Positions 33,024 to 42,329 of a stretch of DNA of 64,000 nt are shown here, in pieces. The DNA is taken from the IMG/VR virus record IMGVR_UViG_3300032285_000892, positions 55,149 to 119,148 of that record; one strand, 5' to 3'. Every line of letters begins with the position of its first letter. Position 1 is the stretch's first letter. The notes below the pieces were generated by a model. It had not been told where the DNA came from, ran no database searches, and worked only from the letters and a program-made list of their open reading frames with translations. Position numbers and translations under genes: made by a program. The stretch is from a virus.

Positions 33024-34070
33024 TTTAACCATTACATCTTCTACGGAGATACTCTTATGGCATTCAAACTGTCTAGGAGTATCTTCGTGTTCAGGACACC
33101 AGTTCCAATTACCCTTATCAAATCTGAATTTAGGGTTATTCCAACATCCATTACATACACTTCTGTTTTCTATACGGATGCATTCAAACTCGTGATTAGC
33201 TTCTGTAAAGTTAGCTATCATTACAACAATAGTTTCTAATGCCCAGGCCAACCAGCTAATACCACTACTTAGTCCTATGTAGAAGTCACATCCATTAAGA
33301 TGATTAATGACGCTCTCTAGAGATGTATCTTCTAGTTTCTCTGCACCATAATCATCTGCCTCTTGTGATAATTCAATCACTCTATATCCTTGATCTTTTA
33401 GCCTACGTATAAGTTCTGGCCACTTATCCCAATGTTTGCATTGAGATGTACTTTTTGTAGATATACAGATATACTTTTCATCTTCCAGTAATAATCCTGG
33501 TAGATCAATTATCCTTGGTCTCATCTCCTTGTATGGTAGATGTAGAATATTACATGCGGCTTTCTGTAATGGTATCGTTACAGGATTAACAGGTTCTTTA
33601 TTACTATCCCAATGCCATCCTAAGTCTGGCATAGCTACAATATCATATACCACCTGCCCTGGTTGAACAAACTCAAGTTCAGGATACATACTTTCAAACA
33701 AGAAGTTCTTGAATGTGCTCACGATAACATCGCACTGATACTTCTTTTTGAACTCTAAACAATATGGCATCCATGCAATAGTATCTCCTAAGGAGCTGCT
33801 ACCAAATGCAATGAACACACGTTTATCTTTAAGATGTTGTAAGAAGCTTATGCGACGTTTCAATACACCCTTACTGTTCCTAGCTTCCAAAAAGAAGTTA
33901 CCAATGTAACGTATAGGAAACTTCATCCATGTATTCTTACTAAGAGTTGTACTATAGTGTTCTTTACGTTCACCATCAATCTCTTCAACAAATGTACATG
34001 TATAATCTTCATCACAGTCTGTAATTTCAAAGTACAAACCATCAATGTTATGGAAGTTATAATTAAACAT
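33000..34070 (-). CDS. Aah/TibC-like (BAHT) autotransporter-type protein O-heptosyltransferase homolog
   Basis: N-terminal beta domain; SSSLGDTIAWMPY; STSQCKHW; FYIGLSSGISWLAWA; four-Cys C-terminal pattern CNGCWN..WNWCPEH..RQFECHKSI like the TibC iron-binding motif. Confidence 0.8.
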   Translation of the reverse strand: MFNYNFHNIDGLYFEITDCDEDYTCTFVEEIDGERKEHYSTTLSKNTWMKFPIRYIGNFFLEARNSKGVLKRRISFLQHLKDKRVFIAFGSSSLGDTIAWMPYCLEFKKKYQCDVIVSTFKNFLFESMYPELEFVQPGQVVYDIVAMPDLGWHWDSNKEPVNPVTIPLQKAACNILHLPYKEMRPRIIDLPGLLLEDEKYICISTKSTSQCKHWDKWPELIRRLKDQGYRVIELSQEADDYGAEKLEDTSLESVINHLNGCDFYIGLSSGISWLAWALETIVVMIANFTEANHEFECIRIENRSVCNGCWNNPKFRFDKGNWNWCPEHEDTPRQFECHKSISVEDVMVKLPFIKNS

Positions 34071-35763
34071 ATGTTTCTATATAAGCTTTAGTTGTATCTT
34101 CACTTGTCCATCTCTTATTAATAATTCCTGCAGCATCGTACATCTTCTTTAATTGCTTACATATCACACTCCAATCATACTCTTCACGATGTTCTAGTTG
34201 ATCAGTGTAATATTTAAACCACCCTCTATCTAATGTTGCTAGTCCTTTTCTTGCTTCCATTTCTGTTACTTCTGACATTCTATACATACCAGGAACCTCT
34301 GCATTACATGTACCAACAATTGGTAATCCACAACTCATTGCTTCTAGAATGGCTAGGTTAGGATGGCCATACTCTAAGAATGATGGAGCCATGAATATAC
34401 TATGTGTTTGATAAAGCTCTAGTGTTTCTGCATCTGTAGGATTTGTACACTTTAAAGTTAACTTTTCATAGTCTAATAGATCTGGATGACCCTTAAAAAA
34501 CTCTAGGTTATTCTCAGGACCTGCAATAGTAATAGGTAACTTAAACCACTTAGCTGCAGCTATTGCTATCCTGAATCCTTTACGATCAATAGTGCTATCA
34601 CCTGCTAGTCCATTGTTACAGATCATTAATAGCTTCTTATCTTCACGCACATCTGGTAGAATAGGTTTGAAGAATTCTGTATCTACTCCATGAGATAGGA
34701 AGAATAACTTATCCGTATCATCAAAGTAATTAATGATGTGTTTACTATGACATATAGAAAACACAGATCCTTTGATAGCTGCTAGATTATTGTGGTATAC
34801 GCCACTGTCCTTCCCATAGTATTCAGCATGATGATCATGTAGAGAGTATACATATGGTATACCTTTGGCTAACATGTCAAGAGCTGTATTAGCCATATGA
34901 CAATGCACGAGTTGGTTCTCTTGCTTTGTTACTTCATTCCATTGTTGTATCTCTACATCTACGCCAAGTCTTCTAAGTCTATCTGTATATGACCAGATGA
35001 TACGTTCTACAGCTCCCCAACCATTAGGTGGGATAGTGATTAGGCCAGTGGCCACTTGTACTATCTTATATTTCATTTCTTTATTAATTTTCATTTCCCA
35101 TTTGTCTAGATATTTTTGTTCTCCTTGTCGCATTTTAATAATTGCAGAATCATTAAGATTTACTATGTTTAATGATTTAAGATGACTAACTAATGAATGT
35201 CTTACTAATGCATGCTTTATGCCTTTACTCTCTATTACTCTAGCATAGTCATTGTCCTGATAGTACATATCAAAGTTTTCATCCCAAGGACATACTAGAT
35301 CAAATACTCTTTTAGTCATTACAAAACACCAGCCACCTAAGAACTCTGTAACTTTATAACTTTCATAGTATGTATCATCACCATACATAAAATGATGGTC
35401 ATAGAATCTAGCATACAGTATAGGATCTCTAGGCGTGAATGATTCAATGTCTGGTCTTTCAGTATGTACATTTACAATCTCAGTGAACCAATTCTTTTCA
35501 AACAATAGATCATTGTTTATAATAACCACCCAGTCATTACTACAATACCTACTTGCTATATTGATATATTTATTATATCCAAAAGGTTCTTTTGAGATAA
35601 CGTAGCTATCTACATATTTAGAATAGTCCCAAGTCTCTCCTGATTCTACTAATATAATGTTAAATTTATGAGCCTTATCCGTATAGCGTAATGTGAACAA
35701 TGTTCTACATACCATCTCATAAGTTTCTGCATCTGTTTTAGTAAGACAAATTACATCTACCAT
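34063..35763 (-). CDS. Two-domain glycosyltransferase (GT2 + GT4)
   Basis: N-half: IINNDLLF, GWCF, YYQDNDY, VSHLKS. C-half: IPPNGWGAVE, HGVD, KGF, EYGHPNLAILEAMSCGLPIV. Confidence 0.85.
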   Translation of the reverse strand: MVDVICLTKTDAETYEMVCRTLFTLRYTDKAHKFNIILVESGETWDYSKYVDSYVISKEPFGYNKYINIASRYCSNDWVVIINNDLLFEKNWFTEIVNVHTERPDIESFTPRDPILYARFYDHHFMYGDDTYYESYKVTEFLGGWCFVMTKRVFDLVCPWDENFDMYYQDNDYARVIESKGIKHALVRHSLVSHLKSLNIVNLNDSAIIKMRQGEQKYLDKWEMKINKEMKYKIVQVATGLITIPPNGWGAVERIIWSYTDRLRRLGVDVEIQQWNEVTKQENQLVHCHMANTALDMLAKGIPYVYSLHDHHAEYYGKDSGVYHNNLAAIKGSVFSICHSKHIINYFDDTDKLFFLSHGVDTEFFKPILPDVREDKKLLMICNNGLAGDSTIDRKGFRIAIAAAKWFKLPITIAGPENNLEFFKGHPDLLDYEKLTLKCTNPTDAETLELYQTHSIFMAPSFLEYGHPNLAILEAMSCGLPIVGTCNAEVPGMYRMSEVTEMEARKGLATLDRGWFKYYTDQLEHREEYDWSVICKQLKKMYDAAGIINKRWTSEDTTKAYIETYV

Positions 35764-35768
35764 ATATA

Positions 35769-38396
35769 TTACTTTCTAAATGTTTTAAACTGCTGATCTA
35801 TTAATGAGTAACCATCTGCTTGTGTAGTGATACGATTGTGTACAATGCCCATCTCATATCCACTACCACGAAAAATGTTATTAAAATAAATATCTGCAGC
35901 ATCCCAAGGATGTGTTCTTAGTTTATCTTTTAAATAGTTCTTAACAAACTTAGGGAACATAATACATTGCATACCTATAAGATGGTTTGTAACATACATG
36001 TCTTCATTCACTTCTTTCACTACAGGACTCTGTGGCCAGCCAAAGTCTAAGGTATCTTTGTCACCAAATGACATGAATCCTATATTATTAGCTTCTAGCT
36101 TTGTGGCACATTCTTCCACCATGTAAACAAATTTGTTTACATCTACCTCAATTATGCAATCTCCTTCACACACTATTAGATAATCACATTCACTAAACTC
36201 ACCTAGGATAGCTTCTTTGAAGGCTGAATAGCAACCGTAGTGTGCTGGCGTAAGAGCTGTGCTTCTTTCTCTGACTGTAGCTTCATCGAATAACTCCATA
36301 GAGACTGCTTGTGGCCTGTTACAGTTATGGATGGGTGGGAGGCTACGATAAGGCTCGTTCGTGTGCAAGATGTACTCCCATCCATAATCTTGTACTTGCT
36401 CCAACGACGCTCTTGATAATTGTTCTCTGTCATCATTTAATGTAGTTTGTATGTGTACTAATTTAATCTTTGGTCTATTTGTTTTAGGAGCTGGTTCAGA
36501 TCCTGTTAATATCTTTATAGTTCCTTTTATATCGTTTACAGAAAACTCTCTTGTGGTTTGGTTTTCCACCAACTCTAAACTCACTGTAACAATATCATCA
36601 TCTAGTCGTAGATATGATTCTTTATACTTAAGATCTAGCTCTCTTGAGAACTCTCTCTTATTATTTAACAATCTCATCTTGTAGTAAGGAACAGTCTCAT
36701 TGTATGTATAGAAATAGAAGTAGTTACGATTGTCTTCTTCACATCTAACAATACCTATGTACTCACTATTAGAAGACTTGCCTTCGCCTGTATGTACTAA
36801 GAATGTTTCCTCTTCAGGATGTTCTACCCATATACCATCTGTTCTCTCTACCTTCTTCATCATGTAATCTTCTAAGAAGTTATGACATCCTATATACTCA
36901 CATAATGAATTGTATTGTTCAGGTGTACGTACATCATCTAATAATTTACTAATAAAGTTTGTATTAAAGAACATACAATTAGTTTGTATACCTTTACCAA
37001 ATGGCGTATTCAATGTAGCTAATACAGCTTTCCATTCTTCATCTAACTTATTAAAGTTATTATTGATGACATTAAAATCTCTTTCATCTATTACATGATC
37101 AAATGTTACATAGAACATCTTAGTAAAACCAAACACTTTAGCTGCTTTACCTGCATTAATTAAATTAGTTAGTACTGTTAATGACTGATTGGTAGGTCCT
37201 TCAATGCGCATCTCTACACTATAGTCTTCCTGACTGCGAGTGAATCTATTATAGTAGCTATGATGTGTCAAAGGATTATGCTCATCATAAATGTAGTAGT
37301 CTACCAGCTTCTGTACATCAGGATTTACAGGATAATGACTTACTAACATAATTGGTCTACCTAACTTCCTAGCGCTTTCTATACATGCAATAGTTAAGTT
37401 TTCTCTAATCTTAGTATCAGGATATGTTCCTATAACGATTAGTTCTTTATTAATTAATTCTAAGTTTAATATTTCTTTCATAGCAGCTATATCATTACTA
37501 ACGTTACCAGTTAAATAGGTGACGTCATCATAATCATTATACTTATTACAATACACATCTAGGTTGTACATCATCTTAGGTAGATCAGGATAGCATAATG
37601 CTTCTTTGATTGCAATAGGGTTAAGCTCTTTGTTACCTCTATCTCCTTTAGATGGAAATAAGAACATGTCAGACTCACTCACCCATTTACTTACTACATC
37701 TATTTCTCCATGAACTAAACAGTTGTCTGGTAGATCTTTCATTAATGGTTTCCAGTAGCTTTCAAAGTTACCAGCTTGATTACCTAAGAAGTGAAACTTT
37801 ATATTATAGTCTACAAGATGCTTAGCCATCTCAATAGCATAGCCTTGGTTTTTACGTTGTGTCCACAATCCTACAATTACTACATGTTTATAATCTCTTT
37901 GTTCTGGATAACGTACAATAGTATCTACAGGATACTCAATAACACGCATTGGTACTTCTAGATGAGCATACTTGAATACATTGTATGCACTAACAAACAC
38001 AAACTCATCTGGCATCCATCTCTTATGATCAGGATTGAATGAGCTATCATGTGTAGTTTCTACAATACGATAGGTTCTATCTCCACTGTACACTTCTCTG
38101 GTAAGATCATTGTCCATGAACATCTCTGGAAACTCTTCCATAGAGATGACATCAGGATTAAAGATTTCAATAAAATCTAAAAGCTCTCCCTTGTTATCTC
38201 CTAATGATTTAAAATTATCACCAAGGATATCAATCACCTTGTTGCGCTGTACTACATACTTCCATGCAATGAATGCATACTCAACTACCATGATATCAAA
38301 ATGATCCTTGAGTAGTTCTACTTTATTTAAAGTTACCTGTGGCGCTCCTCCTGTAGAGAAATGAGGAGATACTATTAAGAGCCTTTTTCGTGACAT
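35769..38396 (-). CDS. Three-domain glycosyltransferase (GT4 + unassigned middle domain + GT25-like)
   Basis: HFSTGGAPQV, RKNQ, ELNPIAIKEAL (GT4); middle domain VIGTYP..LVSHYP; C-terminal AHYGCY..LIVCEGD. Confidence 0.7.
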   Translation of the reverse strand: MSRKRLLIVSPHFSTGGAPQVTLNKVELLKDHFDIMVVEYAFIAWKYVVQRNKVIDILGDNFKSLGDNKGELLDFIEIFNPDVISMEEFPEMFMDNDLTREVYSGDRTYRIVETTHDSSFNPDHKRWMPDEFVFVSAYNVFKYAHLEVPMRVIEYPVDTIVRYPEQRDYKHVVIVGLWTQRKNQGYAIEMAKHLVDYNIKFHFLGNQAGNFESYWKPLMKDLPDNCLVHGEIDVVSKWVSESDMFLFPSKGDRGNKELNPIAIKEALCYPDLPKMMYNLDVYCNKYNDYDDVTYLTGNVSNDIAAMKEILNLELINKELIVIGTYPDTKIRENLTIACIESARKLGRPIMLVSHYPVNPDVQKLVDYYIYDEHNPLTHHSYYNRFTRSQEDYSVEMRIEGPTNQSLTVLTNLINAGKAAKVFGFTKMFYVTFDHVIDERDFNVINNNFNKLDEEWKAVLATLNTPFGKGIQTNCMFFNTNFISKLLDDVRTPEQYNSLCEYIGCHNFLEDYMMKKVERTDGIWVEHPEEETFLVHTGEGKSSNSEYIGIVRCEEDNRNYFYFYTYNETVPYYKMRLLNNKREFSRELDLKYKESYLRLDDDIVTVSLELVENQTTREFSVNDIKGTIKILTGSEPAPKTNRPKIKLVHIQTTLNDDREQLSRASLEQVQDYGWEYILHTNEPYRSLPPIHNCNRPQAVSMELFDEATVRERSTALTPAHYGCYSAFKEAILGEFSECDYLIVCEGDCIIEVDVNKFVYMVEECATKLEANNIGFMSFGDKDTLDFGWPQSPVVKEVNEDMYVTNHLIGMQCIMFPKFVKNYLKDKLRTHPWDAADIYFNNIFRGSGYEMGIVHNRITTQADGYSLIDQQFKTFRK

Positions 38397-39331
38397 GTTA
38401 TTGTTTTTGCAAGGTTATACACTCTATCTACGTCTGGTTGACACTCAAACGTTTCTTTGTTTTCTAAACATCCAATGAGTGGCTGCACATAATCTATAGT
38501 GGGCCAATACTCAAGGGCGTACTTCATATTGGAGCAGCAATGTAGATCACACGATCCCTCTACATAGTGGTATCGATACGTCTGACCATTGGCCCTATAA
38601 GGTATTCTAAATTCAGGAGATAGTGCAGATCCTAGATGAATGATCTCACTGCGTGTTGTACCTGCTAGATGTAGCAGTCCGCTATCCATTGTAATAAAAC
38701 ATGAAGCTTTGTTGATGAGGTGCCAGCAATCAGATATACTGGTCTTGTTCATTAGGTTCATACCTAATGGTATTTCAAAATTGAATGCAGGTTTTTCTAC
38801 ATTAAAGAACCCAGTCTCACTACTATCCTTACCTATACTGATGACATGTATACCTGCAGCATTAAGCTTCTCTGTTAAATCCATCCACTTATCTGCTGGC
38901 CATGTTCTATTAGCCCATGTGGTTACAGGATGTATCAATACATAATGTTCAGGGAGTTCCATCTCAAAGTCTGTGAGAGGAATGTAATCACATTTCATCT
39001 CACTCTTACGTAACATAAATCCTAAATGTATAGCATGGAACTGACGTATGTCCATGGTATTATGCTTCATCTCTACACCACGCTCATCTTTCTTACCTAC
39101 CAGATAGAAAGAGTTATGCATGATATAATTATCATTGAAGTAACCCCAGTCAATTGATGTATGTTTATAACTAGCCTCTACGTATGGTAGTTTCTTGAAC
39201 AACTCTGGCATAGGACTCACCACAGTTATCTTCTTTCCGTATGATTCAGCTAGCTTTCTTATCGTAGGCGTTGCACAGATAAGATCACCTAGAGCAGGAC
39301 ATTCACTAAGATTAAGACAAACAGGTTTCAT
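38375..39331 (-). CDS. GT9-family (heptosyltransferase-like) glycosyltransferase
   Basis: ALGDLICATP, WANRTWP, FITMDSGLLHLAG, Cys-rich C-terminus (CDLHCC..CL..C). Confidence 0.85.
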   Translation of the reverse strand: MKPVCLNLSECPALGDLICATPTIRKLAESYGKKITVVSPMPELFKKLPYVEASYKHTSIDWGYFNDNYIMHNSFYLVGKKDERGVEMKHNTMDIRQFHAIHLGFMLRKSEMKCDYIPLTDFEMELPEHYVLIHPVTTWANRTWPADKWMDLTEKLNAAGIHVISIGKDSSETGFFNVEKPAFNFEIPLGMNLMNKTSISDCWHLINKASCFITMDSGLLHLAGTTRSEIIHLGSALSPEFRIPYRANGQTYRYHYVEGSCDLHCCSNMKYALEYWPTIDYVQPLIGCLENKETFECQPDVDRVYNLAKTITCHEKGS

Positions 39332-39972
39332 GATTTTCTCATTAAGAAGTCAACTGTCTCATCGTTTCTCTCAATTATTTCATATCCTAATCCTGTTAGA
39401 AAATTCACTGCAGTGTTTGTATTATCTTCTAACCAGATAAGTGGTGCATCTCTATCAATCAACTTTAACATACCTTCAAATGCAGACATCTCATGACCTT
39501 CTATATCTATCTTAATGAATTCAACATGCTCATCTAAATGAAGATCATCTAAAGCTAAGACTATATTTCTATTATGTCCATATTGAACAATTCTTACAAC
39601 ACCACTATTTGAGTAATGTCCATCATCAAAATGCACAAGGGATGTTCTACTACCTACACCTACATTAAGTGCGGCTACATCAGAATACCTATCTGTATTC
39701 TGTTTTAATAAAGCAAAGTTTTCTGGATGAATTTCAAAAGCTATGATATTTAGCTCAGGAAAGTGGTGTTTGAATTGTACACAATGTGCACCTATGTTAG
39801 CACCAATGTCTAACATTAGTCCTGTAGAAGGGAAATGATGTTTCCATCTATTGAATATTTCAAATTCCCAAAAGTTATTATACTTAACTATATCGTCTGA
39901 TATAAACTCAGGACCCTCAAAAATAATCATAGGGTTACCTTGTATACTAGTAAGTCTAGTTCCTCTTCTCAT
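39328..39972 (-). CDS. FkbM-family methyltransferase
   Basis: LDIGANIGAH, AFEIHPEN, FIKIDIEGHE. Start ATG 39972 (or 39933) lies downstream of a minus-strand promoter. Confidence 0.85.
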   Translation of the reverse strand: MRRGTRLTSIQGNPMIIFEGPEFISDDIVKYNNFWEFEIFNRWKHHFPSTGLMLDIGANIGAHCVQFKHHFPELNIIAFEIHPENFALLKQNTDRYSDVAALNVGVGSRTSLVHFDDGHYSNSGVVRIVQYGHNRNIVLALDDLHLDEHVEFIKIDIEGHEMSAFEGMLKLIDRDAPLIWLEDNTNTAVNFLTGLGYEIIERNDETVDFLMRKS

Positions 39973-39975
39973 GTA

Positions 39976-40007
39976 TTTGTTGGTTTGGTCAAAGTTAAAT
40001 ATATTTG
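39976..40007 (+). promoter_or_regulatory. Bacteroidota-type promoter, overlapping and divergent to the minus-strand promoter
   Basis: TTTG(39976-79)-N20-TATATTTG(40000-07); ATG at 40024. Confidence 0.6.
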
Positions 40008-40020
40008 TATAAAAAAACAA
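39990..40020 (-). promoter_or_regulatory. Bacteroidota-type promoter driving the glycosylation cassette
   Basis: Minus strand TTG(40020-18)-N20-TAACTTTG(39997-39990). Confidence 0.6.
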
Positions 40021-40023
40021 GAC

Positions 40024-40392
40024 ATGTATATAGAAGTTAGTACAGGAGAAGTAGCTGATAAGATCAGCATCCTAGTTATTAAGAATGAGAAGATCACTGA
40101 TGAAACTAAGCTAGCTAATGTTCAGAAAGAACTCAGTGCATTGATTGAACTGTTTCCTGCAGAGATACTAATTGACAAGCTGTATAATGAATTATGTCAT
40201 GTAAACATTCAACTCTGGCATATAGAAGATGCTATTAGAGAGAAGGAAAGATTACGTGAATTTGATGAAGAATTCATCAAGCTTGCACGAGATGTTTACT
40301 TTACGAACGATCGAAGAGCTGCTATTAAAAAAGAAATAAATATTAAGTACGGATCTGATTTTGTAGAAGAAAAATCATATAAAGTATATTAA
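40024..40392 (+). CDS. DUF6165-like protein (often linked to GT loci)
   Basis: IEVSTGEVADKISIL.IK..KI; LWHIEDAIR..E; LAR.VY.TND.R..IKKEIN..YGS..VEEKSY. Start ATG 40024. Confidence 0.7.
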   Translation: MYIEVSTGEVADKISILVIKNEKITDETKLANVQKELSALIELFPAEILIDKLYNELCHVNIQLWHIEDAIREKERLREFDEEFIKLARDVYFTNDRRAAIKKEINIKYGSDFVEEKSYKVY

Positions 40393-40445
40393 TTAAAAAT
40401 TTATTTGCATAAGTGATAAGAATTACAGATATTTGTTACAACAGT

Positions 40446-40486
40446 ACTTACCACGCTTAAGTTATCAACTGCGTACCAGGGTAAGT
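40446..40486 (+). other. Three-stem hairpin in the leader of the lysis operon
   Basis: ACTTACC/GGTAAGT, ACGC/GCGT, AGTT/AACT; 5' bulge TTA, 3' bulge ACCAG. T-rich run downstream; near-consensus promoter TTTG(40404-07)-N20-GATATTTG(40428-35) just upstream. Confidence 0.55.
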
Positions 40487-40584
40487 CTTTTGCTTTTTTA
40501 CACTTCATGAATTTTTTTGTTAACTAAATAGCATCTCAATCCTTCTAAAGGGTAGGGATGTTATTGTTTTTTCTACTATGCGCA

Positions 40585-40878
40585 ATGGCTAATTTTACTT
40601 ACGATCAATTTAAAAGCTGGTTATTTCCAGCGTTAATATCCGCATTGGGTATGATGATTTGGAATGACGTTAATGAAATAAAAGCTGATGTAAAAGCTTT
40701 GATGGCTCAATCAAATATAGATAAGACACGTATAGATAACCTAGAACGTGAGGTATATAAGACTACAACATATAAAGTACCTTTTCCTATTGATTTCCCT
40801 CCTAAAGATTTAAAGATTAGGCCAGTTGCAATAATGAATAGAGATGAAGATGAAGACGTGGATAGTCAAGATATTTAA
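40585..40878 (+). CDS. Single-TM plus coiled-coil protein (holin/antiholin-like)
   Basis: WLFPALISALGMMIW then a coiled coil; first gene of the lysis block. Start ATG 40585. Confidence 0.5.
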   Translation: MANFTYDQFKSWLFPALISALGMMIWNDVNEIKADVKALMAQSNIDKTRIDNLEREVYKTTTYKVPFPIDFPPKDLKIRPVAIMNRDEDEDVDSQDI

Positions 40879-41116
40879 GTATATAGAGAACATGTGGATA
40901 GGTAAGGATGGTAAGCCGTCTATCCGTAGAGTGTTCGCTATTGCATTGGTTACAGATTTTATTAACAATACTAATTACGCAATACATAAATGGGAAGTAG
41001 GTAAGTCATATGCAGATGTGGCTATGCTATTAGGAATAGAAGCAGGACTTATTGCTGCACTACTTACACTAACTACATATTCAACAACAATTAAACAACC
41101 AACAATTACAGAATGA
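40844..41116 (+). CDS. Putative holin (2 TM)
   Basis: GKDGKPSIRRVFAIAL.. and ..AMLLGIEAGLIAALLTL; lies upstream of spanin/endolysin candidates. Confidence 0.5.
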   Translation: MKMKTWIVKIFKYIENMWIGKDGKPSIRRVFAIALVTDFINNTNYAIHKWEVGKSYADVAMLLGIEAGLIAALLTLTTYSTTIKQPTITE

Positions 41117-41748
41117 GAAATTACCAAATTAAAAACTATGTAACGATAGGTATAATAGGAGTGCTTATGGCAATCATCATCATGCAAAGAGCATGTACTC
41201 CTAGTGTAGACACCACAAAAAAAGACACAGTGGTAGTAACAAAGATAGTTTATGTACCAGTACATGACACAGTCTACACAGATCCTAAGATAGTAACAAG
41301 AGTAGTTCCTGGTAAAGTTCTACCTCCACAGTATCTACCTGATACAAACTATGTAGCTCTAAAGAAACAATACCAACGACTTGTTATTGAGCATCTATCT
41401 AAGAATGTATATGAGGATAAGTTAAACTTAGATACATTAGGTAATATCATTATACATGACACTACACAGTTTAATAGGTTGGGTAAAAGAAGTTATGAGC
41501 TCAATCTACGTATTCCTAAAAGAATTGACTCTGTATATGTAACCAATACTATCCTTGCTCCACCAACACGCCAGGTGTATTTAGGAATAGGTGCTAACGC
41601 TACACAAACATTAGGTACAATAGGACTACGAGCTTCATTGCTGTATAAAGATAAGAAAGATAATATCTTTAGTCCTAGTGTAATGATTAATACTAACGGT
41701 GGTATTATATACGGTATAGATACATATTTTAAAATAAAGCTACGATGA
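41113..41748 (+). CDS. N-terminally anchored periplasmic protein, spanin-like
   Basis: N-terminal TM, DTVVV/DTVY repeats, coiled coil and beta-rich C-terminus, as in Bacteroidota phage lysis modules. Confidence 0.45.
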   Translation: MRNYQIKNYVTIGIIGVLMAIIIMQRACTPSVDTTKKDTVVVTKIVYVPVHDTVYTDPKIVTRVVPGKVLPPQYLPDTNYVALKKQYQRLVIEHLSKNVYEDKLNLDTLGNIIIHDTTQFNRLGKRSYELNLRIPKRIDSVYVTNTILAPPTRQVYLGIGANATQTLGTIGLRASLLYKDKKDNIFSPSVMINTNGGIIYGIDTYFKIKLR

Positions 41749-41909
41749 AAAAAATAATTGATTTTGTTAAAGGATTGTTTTGCAAAGATTGTGGTATCAA
41801 AGCACAAATTGTTATCAAACCTTCTGAAGAGAAAAAAGAAGCTATTGCAAAAAAGAAAAACTTAGAAAAGCTAGCAACAGCAGTTAAGAAAAAGAATAAT
41901 GGTAAGTAG
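41745..41909 (+). CDS. Small basic protein (54 aa; not in ORF track)
   Basis: MKKIIDFVKGLFCKDCGIK...KKKNNGK; ATGA overlap with the upstream gene; overlaps the endolysin start. Confidence 0.55.
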   Translation: MKKIIDFVKGLFCKDCGIKAQIVIKPSEEKKEAIAKKKNLEKLATAVKKKNNGK

Positions 41910-42327
41910 CACACAAGCATTAAAAAAGTATGGACAGCCCGATCTTCTTGCTACACAAAACAAGAACATGTTGTTGTGGGATGTTCCTACAGAATTAGAA
42001 ATAGGTGTAATACCTAAGAAGATATTTTGTAATAAAGATATGGTGGAGCCTTTGACACAGGCGTTCAAAAATCTTATAGAGACAGGGCATGTAAAAGAGC
42101 TTAAGACATGGGATGGATGTTTTAATATTCGTAAAATGCGTGGGCTATCATCTATGTCATTACACTCATGGGGTATTGCTATTGATGTCAATGCCTTTGA
42201 GAATCAACTTAATCAAGTACCCAAGCTTTCATCTGGGTTTGTTAAATGTTTTACAGATGCAGGCTTTGATTGGGGTGGAGAATGGGAGAGAATGGATGGT
42301 ATGCACTTTCAACTTAAAAATATATAA
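41899..42327 (+). CDS. Endolysin, M15-family Zn peptidase
   Basis: FNIRKMRG, SLHSWGIAIDVN, WGGEW..DGMHFQL. Confidence 0.85.
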   Translation: MVSSTQALKKYGQPDLLATQNKNMLLWDVPTELEIGVIPKKIFCNKDMVEPLTQAFKNLIETGHVKELKTWDGCFNIRKMRGLSSMSLHSWGIAIDVNAFENQLNQVPKLSSGFVKCFTDAGFDWGGEWERMDGMHFQLKNI

Positions 42328-42329
42328 TA

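Noticed and set aside
33000-39972. Glycosylation cassette as host LPS/capsule DNA (prophage flank or chimera)
   Set aside because: No flippase, polymerase or sugar-synthesis genes; gene packing and promoters match the flanking phage DNA; no integrase or att site seen.
40393-40584. tRNA or known ncRNA in the longest intergenic gaps
   Set aside because: No cloverleaf or T-loop (GTTCRA) pattern; only hairpins.
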